Shown: piece by piece, positions 1 through 8,978 of the stretch
Layout: every line of letters starts with the position of its first letter
Position numbering within the stretch: position 1 is the stretch's first letter
Program-made: the position numbers and the translations under genes
The notes under the pieces: model-generated
The model's database searches: none
Seen by the model: the letters and a program-made list of their open reading frames with translations, nothing else
Told to the model about the DNA's origin: nothing
DNA from: an uncultured Candidatus Saccharibacteria bacterium
GTDB lineage: Bacteria > Patescibacteriota > Saccharimonadia > Saccharimonadales > AWTP1-31
Assembly (NCBI GenBank): GCA_964641545.1
Contig: CAZXLT010000001.1
Coordinates: 20,094 to 84,093 of the forward strand
Direction of reading: 5' to 3'
Length of the DNA stretch: 64,000 bases

Positions 1-214
1 CGGGTGTGCTCCGCAAAATATCAAGCATGTCAAATCCGCTGATTTTAGGCATCATAACATCAGTGATGATAAGATCGGGCTTTTCCTTAACGGCCAGCGC
101 CAGGGCCTCTTCGCCGTCCTTGGCAGAAACAATTTCGTAGCCCTCAGCTAGCAAGCGTGCGCCATAAATCTCACGCAAGTTATTGTCGTCTTCAACCAGC
201 ATTACTTTTGCCAT
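1..214 (-). CDS. Response regulator receiver protein (3' part runs off the window)
   Basis: Manual translation from ATG at 214: MAKVMLVEDDNNLREIYGARLLAEGYEIVSAKDGEEAL...PDLIITDVMMPKISG, a REC domain with acidic pocket and phospho-Asp; directly downstream of a sensor kinase. Confidence 0.9.
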   Translation of the reverse strand, partial: MAKVMLVEDDNNLREIYGARLLAEGYEIVSAKDGEEALALAVKEKPDLIITDVMMPKISGFDMLDILRSTP

Positions 215-267
215 AGAATTCTGTCGTCCTTCTTAATGCTTTTGCTTACTTGGTATTGTATCATGCG

Positions 268-1659
268 TTATCCTGTCGTGGTATTTGACTCGGACGGTCT
301 AATTTCGTTTGGCGCAGGTTTATCATTCTTGACTTGGTCGGGGCTGAGCCGGGGCAGATTAATATAAAATGCGCTGCCTTCACCAAGCTTGCTCTCTACC
401 CAAATACGCCCTTGGTATAGCTCAACAATTTTGCGGGATATAAAAAGTCCCAAGCCAGTACCGCCGATAGTGCGAGTAGCAGAGCTGTCAACACGGTAGA
501 ATTTTTGGAATAAATGTGGGATGTCCTCTGGCGCGATACCTGCCCCGGTGTCTTTTACGTAGATCTGCACAATCTTATCATCGCCAGTGATGCCAAGTGA
601 TATTTTGCCCCTCTGCGTATACTTAACGGCATTATCAACAAGGTTAGTGATCACCTCCCGCATTCGCTCCGGGTCAACCTTGGAATAATAGAGTGGCTCT
701 AAGACTCGGCGGTGACCTTCCTGGTCGGGGTTAATGCTAGCTCCTGTGGTGCCTACTATGTACTCCATACCGAGGTTTTTCTTTTGGGCAGCAAAACGCA
801 AATCTTCGCTTAGACGTTCCAAAAATCCACTCATTTCAGTAATAACAGGGTGGTTGCTCAGCCGTCCATCCTCGGCCTTGGCGCTTGTTAGGAGATCTTG
901 AAAAAGGCTGCCAAGGTGCTGGGTGGATTCATGTGCTTTCTGGAGGTATGCCCGCGCGCGACTGTCTATAGTCCCTACCTTGTCGTTCATGGCTAGCGCC
1001 AGGTAACCCTCGATAGCTGCCACGGGGGTGCGCATTTCATGACTTGCGGTGCTGATGAACTCACCACGTTGTCGTTCTTCCCTCCGTTCTTCGCTCACAT
1101 CACGAAATATGCCCACAACACCCGTAACGTTGTTCTCCTCGTCTAGCAACGGTGAAACGCTCAGAGTTATGGCAATCGCTTTCTTTGACTTCGTGATAAT
1201 GGACGAGTCGTTTTCTCGCAGTGTTTTGCCGTAACGCATAACACGCATGAATGGGTTATTTTCTTCGTTATATTCTTGATTTTTCTCATTCACAATATGA
1301 AGGACAACCGTATAGGTTAGCCCAACTGCTTCAGTCTGGTCCCACCCCGTAATACGCGCAGCGGCAGGATTAAACAGCTGGATATTATTTTGGTTATCGA
1401 TAACCACCACCCCGTCTTCTATGGCGTTCAAAATAATATCAGACTGTGATTTTTCGGCTTTCAACTTCTGGTCCAGCCAACCGCTGCTCTTCTTTGAGTC
1501 TGTAGGGCGCCCTCCTCGCGAAAAACGCAAATAGGTGGCCATGGCCACCGCAACAATTCCGACCCCACCTATCAGGATTAGTATCATCATAATGCTTTTG
1601 TTTATACCTATTATCGGTGTTTTGGCCCCAGGATGCAAGCATTTCTTACCTGGACTCAC
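268..1659 (-). CDS. PAS-domain sensor histidine kinase (true start probably ~1590, MMILILIGG)
   Basis: N-terminal TM, PAS (FNPAAARITGW), H-box ASHEMRTP, N-box NLVDNAVKY, G1 DTGAGI, G2 GGTGLGL. Confidence 0.93.
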   Translation of the reverse strand: MSPGKKCLHPGAKTPIIGINKSIMMILILIGGVGIVAVAMATYLRFSRGGRPTDSKKSSGWLDQKLKAEKSQSDIILNAIEDGVVVIDNQNNIQLFNPAAARITGWDQTEAVGLTYTVVLHIVNEKNQEYNEENNPFMRVMRYGKTLRENDSSIITKSKKAIAITLSVSPLLDEENNVTGVVGIFRDVSEERREERQRGEFISTASHEMRTPVAAIEGYLALAMNDKVGTIDSRARAYLQKAHESTQHLGSLFQDLLTSAKAEDGRLSNHPVITEMSGFLERLSEDLRFAAQKKNLGMEYIVGTTGASINPDQEGHRRVLEPLYYSKVDPERMREVITNLVDNAVKYTQRGKISLGITGDDKIVQIYVKDTGAGIAPEDIPHLFQKFYRVDSSATRTIGGTGLGLFISRKIVELYQGRIWVESKLGEGSAFYINLPRLSPDQVKNDKPAPNEIRPSESNTTTG

Positions 1660-1794
1660 CTCTGTAATTGTGATAGTATTTATCGGTTCCTAGAGCTAGT
1701 CATTACAGGCGAACCGGTCGCACATTGCGTCGCAATGCCGGTCCGTCTGCTCGAAAAGAGTTTTTATAAATACAAAACGTCTTTTCTGCGCGAC

Positions 1795-1871
1795 GGCCCC
1801 GTCGTCTAGTGGTCCAGGATATCTGGTTCTCATCCAGAAGATCGCGGGTTCGAATCCCGCCGGGGTCACCA
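1795..1871 (+). tRNA. tRNA-Glu (anticodon CTC)
   Basis: Acceptor GGCCCCG/CGGGGTC, anticodon arm TCTGG-TTCTCAT-CCAGA, T-arm GCGGG-TTCGAAT-CCCGC, encoded CCA. Confidence 0.96.
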
Positions 1872-1879
1872 TATCATCT

Positions 1880-1902
1880 GCCAGCAAAAAGCTGGCTTTT
1901 TT
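1880..1902 (+). terminator. Intrinsic terminator after tRNA-Glu
   Basis: GCCAGC-aaaaa-GCTGGC followed by T6. Confidence 0.8.
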
Positions 1903-1962
1903 ATATTAGCGATAATTGATTATGATATTGCTTATTTAAACAAAATATGTTAAAATATAAGG

Positions 1963-2445
1963 ATGCTATACGTTAGCCCAGTTGAATTACATCTGTTGCC
2001 AAGGAGAAACCTACGATTTGATAGAACAGGCTTCTCTGAAGAGTGGCAGCGCTCCCAGGAAGTTATGCGCACCTTTTTTGATAGTGTGATTGCCGTGGAT
2101 TTAGACGGTACGATTTACGACGAAAAGGGTGATACACTTCGCCCTGGTGTCATAGACGTATTCAAGGATATGCGTGAAGCTGGTAACGAACTGTATGTTT
2201 GGAGTGCGCGTACCCGGCATATCGCTAATCCGATTATTGCTAGTTTCGGTCTTCTTGAGCTTGTGGATGGGGTACACGATAAACCACCTATGTTTAACCG
2301 AACGGTAGAAGCTGTTGCGGATACTCTGGGCTTTGTGCCAGATATTACGATTGATAATGAGGTTGAGGAACGAATTACGGGAGGAAACGTTGGTTTCTTG
2401 CTGGTTCCTTCATATTACCCGCACCCGAATAATCCAGAACTTTAG
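1963..2445 (+). CDS. HAD-superfamily phosphatase-like protein
   Basis: Motif I DLDGT, LRPG, motif II VWSA, motif IV TIDN. Confidence 0.7.
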   Translation: MLYVSPVELHLLPRRNLRFDRTGFSEEWQRSQEVMRTFFDSVIAVDLDGTIYDEKGDTLRPGVIDVFKDMREAGNELYVWSARTRHIANPIIASFGLLELVDGVHDKPPMFNRTVEAVADTLGFVPDITIDNEVEERITGGNVGFLLVPSYYPHPNNPEL

Positions 2446-2487
2446 TCAGGCTTGCAACAGTGTTCGTTTACTGTGTAGCATACAGAT

Positions 2488-3156
2488 ATGATCGAACACC
2501 ATATTCAGCGAACAATAGTGTATCGACTGGCCTTTACGCCTGAGCTTCGTTTCAGTGATCTAAGGCCGGATACTGTTGAAAATAAACTATTCGACTACCA
2601 TCTTAAAAAAGTGCTGGCTGCGAAATTAGTGCGCAAAATAGCCGATGGACGCTATGCTCTGACTGCTGAGGGGCGACGACTTGGCATACGAGCATTGGAT
2701 AAGCAATTAGCAGGAGCAGATCAGGCGGAGCCAGTTCTGTTTTTGGCGATTCGAAGAGCAAACGACAAAGCTTGGTTGTTATACCGTCGCAAAACTCATC
2801 CGTTAATTAATAAGGTCGGGTTTATGCACTGCAACCCGGTGCCCGGTCGGACCGTGGCAGAAACGGCCCATGAAGTTTGCTTGGAACAAACAGGTATTTC
2901 CGCCTCATTTTCTGTTCTCGGTAGCGGTTATTTTCAAACTTACAAAGACGCTGAACTAGAAAGTTACACTAACTTTACGATGCTGATAGCTAACGATGCT
3001 TCGGGCGAGCTGATACGAAACGACGATTTTGCAGAATATTTTTGGGAGAAAGATCCCGACTTTACTGAGGCACGATTTTTGCCCAACATGAAGACACTTG
3101 GCAATCTGCACAAAAATAATGAGCTGTTCTTTATCGAAAAAAGCTTTACGGTCTAA
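2488..3156 (+). CDS. Winged-HTH plus Nudix-like domain protein (putative regulator)
   Basis: N-terminal wHTH (LRFSDL...YHLKKV...YALTAEG); C-terminal degenerate Nudix box (AETAHEVCLEQTGI). Confidence 0.6.
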   Translation: MIEHHIQRTIVYRLAFTPELRFSDLRPDTVENKLFDYHLKKVLAAKLVRKIADGRYALTAEGRRLGIRALDKQLAGADQAEPVLFLAIRRANDKAWLLYRRKTHPLINKVGFMHCNPVPGRTVAETAHEVCLEQTGISASFSVLGSGYFQTYKDAELESYTNFTMLIANDASGELIRNDDFAEYFWEKDPDFTEARFLPNMKTLGNLHKNNELFFIEKSFTV

Positions 3157-3895
3157 CGGCAACTGCCAGTTCGTAGGCTTCAAATGCATCTTGCGGGGCT
3201 TCTTGGCGCCAGAACACCGAAAGTGGGCTATCTGGGTTTGCAAGCTGAGCCATTGATGGAACCCTCCCTATGATTGAGGCAAGACCCCTTGCGTCTTCAA
3301 GACTTGCAAGGCCGCGAGTACGTGCAAGTGCCTGCAGGTCGAAATCGTTTAAAGTAGCAGATTCGTAGCCAATAAAGTCACCTATGGCAAAACAAGACAT
3401 AGTTAGTGCTGCGTGGCCTGTTGTTCTGCCGAGTTGAGTCTGGTGCGTCTCTAGCAGAGGATTACCTCGCATATCGGTCACGATTTGCTCTGCCTTGGTT
3501 GTCGACTCTCGCATCGTTGTCACGATTTGCCGATGAAGCATAAGGGCGCTCGGTCGCTGTTCAGGGTCTTCTGTCGCAAGTATTGGAAGTTTAAGTCGGC
3601 GACGCATCACTTCGGAATCGGCTGCAAAACTATACCAGGCAGTATTAATGCCACTTGCGGCCAACCATCTCGTAGCAAATTTTAGGCCTGGTCCCCCTTG
3701 GTCCAGTTGGCTGAGGATTGCAGTAGCGATAGCCAGCCCACGTTGCTGCTGCTCGGCTAGCAGTGTGCCGCGTGGAAGGCTTCGTCGACGTTCGATCTCG
3801 CTACTGTCGCGTGCTTTGGGTGGCACGTAGTGCGGCTGCTCCCCTAAATGCTTAGTTGGTAAATCAAAATCTCTGTAGGGTCGTTTGTTGCTCAT
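3146..3895 (-). CDS. Hypothetical protein (start taken at MSNKRP; ORF open to 4003)
   Basis: Long ORF, no recognised motif. Confidence 0.6.
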   Translation of the reverse strand: MSNKRPYRDFDLPTKHLGEQPHYVPPKARDSSEIERRRSLPRGTLLAEQQQRGLAIATAILSQLDQGGPGLKFATRWLAASGINTAWYSFAADSEVMRRRLKLPILATEDPEQRPSALMLHRQIVTTMRESTTKAEQIVTDMRGNPLLETHQTQLGRTTGHAALTMSCFAIGDFIGYESATLNDFDLQALARTRGLASLEDARGLASIIGRVPSMAQLANPDSPLSVFWRQEAPQDAFEAYELAVAVRP

Positions 3896-4264
3896 GCCCT
3901 TATTCTGCTTGCGGACCAAAACAAAAACAGTGAACACTTTTTCACTGAGTTTTAGCGAAGTAGAAATGCTGAGCAAATTACACCAAAATTTTGTTGACCA
4001 CAAGCTTTTTAAGGCGCAAAATAGCTACTAGCTTCGTGGGCATGAGTTCGTGGTCTCCCAAGTTCCATCGCCAACCAGCTTTATAACTTGGATAGTACAC
4101 TACGGTCCCTGCTCTCCTCATTTCAAACTCAGTTTCCCGTTACGATTCGCCTTGAACGGTCGGCTAATCTACCGGGCAGCTCGCTCTCTATCAAACCCGT
4201 TCACCGTTAGGAATACTCTAATCGGTCCTCTTTTATCACCCTAAATCTCTTACAGGAGTTTGAA

Positions 4265-4534
4265 ATGAACCACGTTAGTATCAACCAAGAAGTCAGCGTA
4301 ACCGGCTACTATTTTCGTAATAAAAACTTTCAGACAGTACCCAGCGGTATTGAATATGGCGGCAATCGTGTATCTTTTTTGAATCAAAGCATGCAATATT
4401 TTGTCCAGAAAGGTCAGCAGTTCGTAAAGCTGTTCGATGTAACCGACGGCGACACAACGTATCGACTTAAGTACGAGCCCGAACAACTACAGTGGACACT
4501 GGTTTACACTGCCAACAACGCGCGAACGGTGTAA
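4265..4534 (+). CDS. Small hypothetical protein, first gene of the umuDC-like operon
   Basis: AGGAG Shine-Dalgarno upstream; co-oriented and adjacent to umuD-like gene. Confidence 0.7.
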   Translation: MNHVSINQEVSVTGYYFRNKNFQTVPSGIEYGGNRVSFLNQSMQYFVQKGQQFVKLFDVTDGDTTYRLKYEPEQLQWTLVYTANNARTV

Positions 4535-4538
4535 GACT

Positions 4539-4883
4539 GTGGACGATGAGCAAAAAGATGCCTTAGGCATCTCGACACACGCTGGTTTTCCAAACGCTGC
4601 AACGGATAAAGCCCTAACAAGCCTTGACCTAGGGAAATTGTTGGTACGTAGTCCAAGCAGCACCTTTTTTATGAGAATTCGCGGCAGCGATGGTGAGACT
4701 GAAGGTATTTATGACCAAGACATTGTGGTGGTGGATCGCTCTATTTTGCCGCGCGCAGTTGATCGCGTTATATGGTGGCAGGGCGAGTCGTTTAAGGTGG
4801 GTACGCCAGCCAGGGTACCACTCGGTACGGTGCCCTGGGGGGTTGTAACGTACGTTATCCACGAACTAAGGAAGCAACCATGA
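4539..4883 (+). CDS. umuD: UmuD/LexA-like S24 family protein
   Basis: Ala-Gly cleavage motif HAGFP, FFMRIRG, DIVVVDRS, GVVTYVI; stop overlaps start of the Y-family polymerase. Confidence 0.75.
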   Translation: MDDEQKDALGISTHAGFPNAATDKALTSLDLGKLLVRSPSSTFFMRIRGSDGETEGIYDQDIVVVDRSILPRAVDRVIWWQGESFKVGTPARVPLGTVPWGVVTYVIHELRKQP

Positions 4884-6169
4884 AACAGCCCATGTTTGCA
4901 CTAGTTGATTGCAATAACTTTTTTGTGAGCTGTGAGCGAGTTTTTCGCCCTGATCTCGAGGGTAAACCAGTGGTAGTGCTGAGTAGTAACGACGGATGCG
5001 CTATAGCGCGTAGTAACGAAGTTAAAGCACTCGGCGTCCCAATGGCAGCGCCTGCTTTTAAATACCGAGAGCTATTTAAGCGACATAAAATTGTCCAGTT
5101 TAGCGCTAACTTTGAACTATACGGTGATATATCTAAACGAATCACTCGATTGCTGACTGACTTTACGCCACGGACCGAAGTGTACTCTATTGATGAATCT
5201 TTTTTAGAGCTAGGTCAGCTGGCCAGTACCGACTATCTAACGCAGATGCAGGCGTTGAGGGATCGGATTCAGCGTTTTGTGGGTATCCCGGTCTCTATCG
5301 GTATTGCGCCCACTAAAACTTTGGCAAAACTAGCAAGCGAGCGAGCCAAGAAAGACCCTAGTTTGAATGGAGTACTTGATCTGAGTAAAGCCGAGCCGAA
5401 GGAACTTGCCTACCAGCGCGCCAAAGTACCCGTAGAAGAGGTTTGGGGCGTTGGCTGGCGATTAGCACCAAAGCTTCGGAGCGAAGGTATAGCATCGGCG
5501 AATGATCTGGCTGGTCTACGAACGCAGCGAGCAAAACAGCTCATGAGTATAAAAGGCGAACAAACGGTACGTGAGCTTCGGGGAGAAGCTTGCCTACCCC
5601 TAGAATCTATGCACATGATACCCAAGAGTATCGCTCGTACACGAACATTTGGCGAAGACACCAATCAGTTCCACGTGCTTGAGTCGGCGGTTGCCAGTTT
5701 TGTTGCAACTGCGGCGTTTCGTCTGCGCACTGCCAACTTAAGAACTCGCCGCGCCGGATTATTTCTGATGACCAATAAGCACAAGCCTGGGTTTGCGGGT
5801 TGGAATAGTGAGGTTGTGTTTGAGGTCCCTACAGCCAACAGTGGTGAGCTGATGCGAAGTCTAGTCGATCTTCTTGCCAGCCTCTATCAGCCTCAACAAA
5901 TGTATCACCGGGCCGGCGTGTGGCTGCACGACTTCGTGCCAGACAGTCTGTTTCAGACAGATCTTTTTGGTCGAGTTAACGTTGAACAAGAACTTCGTTC
6001 TAGTGCCCGTATGGAAGCGCTAGATAGCATTAACTATCAATTTGGACGAGGAACGATTCGCTATGCGGCTGAAGACCTGGCTCGCAGGTGGCGCCCCAAA
6101 CAACAGCTCAGAAGTCCTCACTACATAAGCGACTGGAATGACTTGCCTATCGCTACTGTTGTAGGCTGA
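4880..6169 (+). CDS. umuC: Y-family DNA polymerase V subunit UmuC
   Basis: LVDCNNFFVSCE, VLSSNDGC, YSIDESF, KTLAKLA, C-terminal SPHY..W.DLP (DUF4113-like). Confidence 0.93.
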   Translation: MKQPMFALVDCNNFFVSCERVFRPDLEGKPVVVLSSNDGCAIARSNEVKALGVPMAAPAFKYRELFKRHKIVQFSANFELYGDISKRITRLLTDFTPRTEVYSIDESFLELGQLASTDYLTQMQALRDRIQRFVGIPVSIGIAPTKTLAKLASERAKKDPSLNGVLDLSKAEPKELAYQRAKVPVEEVWGVGWRLAPKLRSEGIASANDLAGLRTQRAKQLMSIKGEQTVRELRGEACLPLESMHMIPKSIARTRTFGEDTNQFHVLESAVASFVATAAFRLRTANLRTRRAGLFLMTNKHKPGFAGWNSEVVFEVPTANSGELMRSLVDLLASLYQPQQMYHRAGVWLHDFVPDSLFQTDLFGRVNVEQELRSSARMEALDSINYQFGRGTIRYAAEDLARRWRPKQQLRSPHYISDWNDLPIATVVG

Positions 6170-7471
6170 CTACTTGCTTGTTACGCGGTCGGCGCTACCA
6201 ACGACACTAATCCAGGTTTGGCCGGGATTTAGCGGAATTGGTTTGCCTGCTGCATCGTTAAATTTAATCTGTTCTTTGCCGCTTGCCTTGCTCCAGGTGC
6301 CCTCTGTCTTGATGCCGTCTTGGAAAATAAAGACTGGACCGCTGCCGATATTGGCATATGTGCTGTTAACTCGATTAGCTGCTATGCCATAACTCATGAC
6401 TGCAGCGATAACAACTTTCGGTGCAAGTTGATTGCCGGTTTTAGCGTCTGTATGAGCCTTGCCCCCCTCGCTTCGTTTATACGTGTTTGTTGTGGCGTCA
6501 TAATCATAGTGTGGGTTGTACAAGACGCCTGAAATATTGAAATCAATAGATGTGGCTGTTGCTGGTGTGACCGCTTTTTCTTTTTTACGGGGGAATCCCT
6601 CGAACGTACTGCTAGTAAAACCTTTAGACTTAGACAGCTCATCGAGTCCGGCCATAGTGGTGTACATATTGTGCGGTGCGTAACGGTGGCTAACCCGACG
6701 ATATGGTCCTGGGTTGGCAAATTGGTCTAGGTCCTTAATCCCTTCAGCTTTGATTTTGGCCAGCCCATCACTACTGCCACCCACATGAGCTATAGCTGCA
6801 TCAAACCCGTTAGCCCAATCAATGTAATATGGACGCACGCTGCGCACTGGACCTATATCATCCGGTTGTGCTTCTTGGAAAAGCGTTAGAAACCGAGTTA
6901 TACCTCCCTCGGCGATCGCCTCGAACACTACCCCTGCCTCGTTCAAGCCTGACTGCGGACGGGCGTCGGGACTGTTTTCAATCATAATTGCTGTGACCGG
7001 ACGTTGGTTTAGCTCTATCTTTACTTCGGCTCCGGTAAGTTTTGATGGTTCGGTTGTTGGTTTAGGTGGCTCTGCTTTTGGTTGGACGGCAGCAACCGGT
7101 TTTGGGGTCGGTGCTTTGTGCGTAAAATTATAAGCTGCCGCTGAACCTCCACCGAGTAACAATAAAACCAGTACTATAAATAATGCTTTCTTTGGCTTGC
7201 TGAGTCCGCTGAACCACTGCTTGAACCGCCTTAGTGGATGTGGCCGCCGAAAACCTTTTTTCTTAAGCTCCTCCGGTTTGCTGTCTTCAACAGGAGTTTC
7301 TGTTTTTACTGGTGCGTCAATTGGTGCTTCCACTTCTGGCTTTGTCGGTTGCTGTTCCTCGGTTTGCTGTCTAGTATTGGTAGCAGGATGAACCACCTCA
7401 GGATTGGTCCGAGCGTTGTTTAATTTGGGTTTGTTTTTTTTCCGCCGTGCTGGCAAAAAATCATAATCCAT
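6170..7471 (-). CDS. DUF3048 (YerB-like) membrane-anchored protein
   Basis: MIENSPDARPQSGL, EGGITRF, GPVRSVR, RYAPHNMY, PGQTWI; single TM. Confidence 0.85.
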   Translation of the reverse strand: MDYDFLPARRKKNKPKLNNARTNPEVVHPATNTRQQTEEQQPTKPEVEAPIDAPVKTETPVEDSKPEELKKKGFRRPHPLRRFKQWFSGLSKPKKALFIVLVLLLLGGGSAAAYNFTHKAPTPKPVAAVQPKAEPPKPTTEPSKLTGAEVKIELNQRPVTAIMIENSPDARPQSGLNEAGVVFEAIAEGGITRFLTLFQEAQPDDIGPVRSVRPYYIDWANGFDAAIAHVGGSSDGLAKIKAEGIKDLDQFANPGPYRRVSHRYAPHNMYTTMAGLDELSKSKGFTSSTFEGFPRKKEKAVTPATATSIDFNISGVLYNPHYDYDATTNTYKRSEGGKAHTDAKTGNQLAPKVVIAAVMSYGIAANRVNSTYANIGSGPVFIFQDGIKTEGTWSKASGKEQIKFNDAAGKPIPLNPGQTWISVVGSADRVTSK

Positions 7472-7495
7472 AGCGACTATTGTAACAGCTTGTGC

Positions 7496-8938
7496 TTAAG
7501 TCAGAAGACTAATTGTCTGCGAAATTCGCTGTAAACTTGTTTCTTTGCCGAGTACCGCGAGTGTGTCAAATAATGCTGGAGAGAAAGGTGCCCCAGTGGT
7601 GGCGATTCGCACCAGACTAAATAAGACCCCTGGTTTGGTTTGAAGCGCTTCTAATAGTGTATTCATTCTGTCTTCAAGATCTTTATGCTCGAAGTTGGAT
7701 TGTTTTAGGCTTTCTAGAACAGCTTCGAGCATACCCTTTATTTCTTGATCCTCAAGTTTCCGTAGTTGTTTATTCTTTGGATCGTGCAGTAAATTCAGGA
7801 TTGCGTCATCCGCGGGGGTTGTAAAGAAGAACTCTGTCAGTAGTGGAAGTTCGCTAAAAAATTTGAGACGTTCCTGTGTTATGGCAAGCACATCTTTCTT
7901 ATAAACATCGTTTGCCTTTGCTGCAGACGACGACCAAAAATCCGCCACTTTTGTGTATAAGTCTTCCAGCGAAAGATTGCGGATATGCGCACCGTTGAGC
8001 CATTGAAGACGTTGTTCATCAAAGCGTGCTCCACTTCTTTGCACACGGTTTAGGCTAAATTTCTTGATTAATTCTTCTGTGCTAAAAACTTCTTGTTCTG
8101 TGCCGTCGTTCCAGCCAAGCGAAGCAATAAAGTTAATCATTGCTTCAGGCAAAAATCCATCTCGAATATAATCCAAAACGTCTTTGGCTCCATCCCGTTT
8201 GCTTAGTTTTTTGTTGCCGTCATGACCCAGAATGTGTGGCATGGTAGCAAGGATTGGAGGCGCAATGTCTAAGGCTTCATATAGATTCAGGTAATTTGGT
8301 GTACTTGCTAAAAATTCCTGTCCGCGGATAACGTGACTTACTTCCATGAGTTCGTCGTCTACTATGTGAGCGAAGTTATATGTTGGGTAGCCATCAGACT
8401 TTATTAAAATAAAATCATCAATTACTTCTGGTCCTGTTGATAAATCCCCCATGACCTCATCGTGCCACTGATACTTTTTTGGATCTGACTTAAATCTAAG
8501 CGGTTGACTACCATCCCATTCTGGCGGGTTTTGTGGTCGATGATTACGATATAAAAATGGCTTCTTGGCTTTTTGGGCTTCATTGCGAAAGGCCTGAACT
8601 TCTGTGGGCGTAAAAGGGTCGGCATAGGCGCGGCCTGTGTCGATTAATTTTTGAGCCCACTTTTTGTAGCTATCCAACCGTTCACTTTGGCGATACGGGC
8701 CGTAGCCTCCGCCAATATCTGGACCTTCGTCGTAGTTTAGCCCAAGGGCGTGCAGGCTATCAATTATGTGTTGATCAGCACCGGCAACCTCGCGCGCCTT
8801 ATCTGTGTCTTCGAGTCGTAAAATAAACGTACCGTTAGATTGTTTAGCCAATAGCCATGCAAACAATGCAGTGCGAATACCGCCTACGTGGAGATATCCG
8901 GTGGGGCTAGGCGCAAAACGGGTACGAACTTTTGTCAT
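7496..8938 (-). CDS. gltX: Glutamate--tRNA ligase
   Basis: RFAPSPTGYLHVGG (HIGH), RLEDTD, KKLSKR (KMSKS). Confidence 0.97.
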   Translation of the reverse strand: MTKVRTRFAPSPTGYLHVGGIRTALFAWLLAKQSNGTFILRLEDTDKAREVAGADQHIIDSLHALGLNYDEGPDIGGGYGPYRQSERLDSYKKWAQKLIDTGRAYADPFTPTEVQAFRNEAQKAKKPFLYRNHRPQNPPEWDGSQPLRFKSDPKKYQWHDEVMGDLSTGPEVIDDFILIKSDGYPTYNFAHIVDDELMEVSHVIRGQEFLASTPNYLNLYEALDIAPPILATMPHILGHDGNKKLSKRDGAKDVLDYIRDGFLPEAMINFIASLGWNDGTEQEVFSTEELIKKFSLNRVQRSGARFDEQRLQWLNGAHIRNLSLEDLYTKVADFWSSSAAKANDVYKKDVLAITQERLKFFSELPLLTEFFFTTPADDAILNLLHDPKNKQLRKLEDQEIKGMLEAVLESLKQSNFEHKDLEDRMNTLLEALQTKPGVLFSLVRIATTGAPFSPALFDTLAVLGKETSLQRISQTISLLT

Positions 8939-8978
8939 TCCTCAAATTGTATCAGAACAGAGGTAGAACTAGAAGTAG

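Noticed and set aside
1696-1887. 63-aa ORF, and similarly 18193..18384 and 45677..45901
   Set aside because: These are antisense translations of tRNA genes (PAGFEP, WDSNP, GERIRT patterns).
1872-4000. Cassette array downstream of tRNA-Glu or tRNA-Leu like that at tRNA-Asn
   Set aside because: No repeated tRNA-end junctions were seen by eye; tRNA-Leu abuts a convergent gene directly.
4030-4260. RNase P RNA, or a LexA box from the TTCGTGG direct repeat
   Set aside because: RNase P signature segments were not found on either strand; the repeat spacing matches no LexA box I know.
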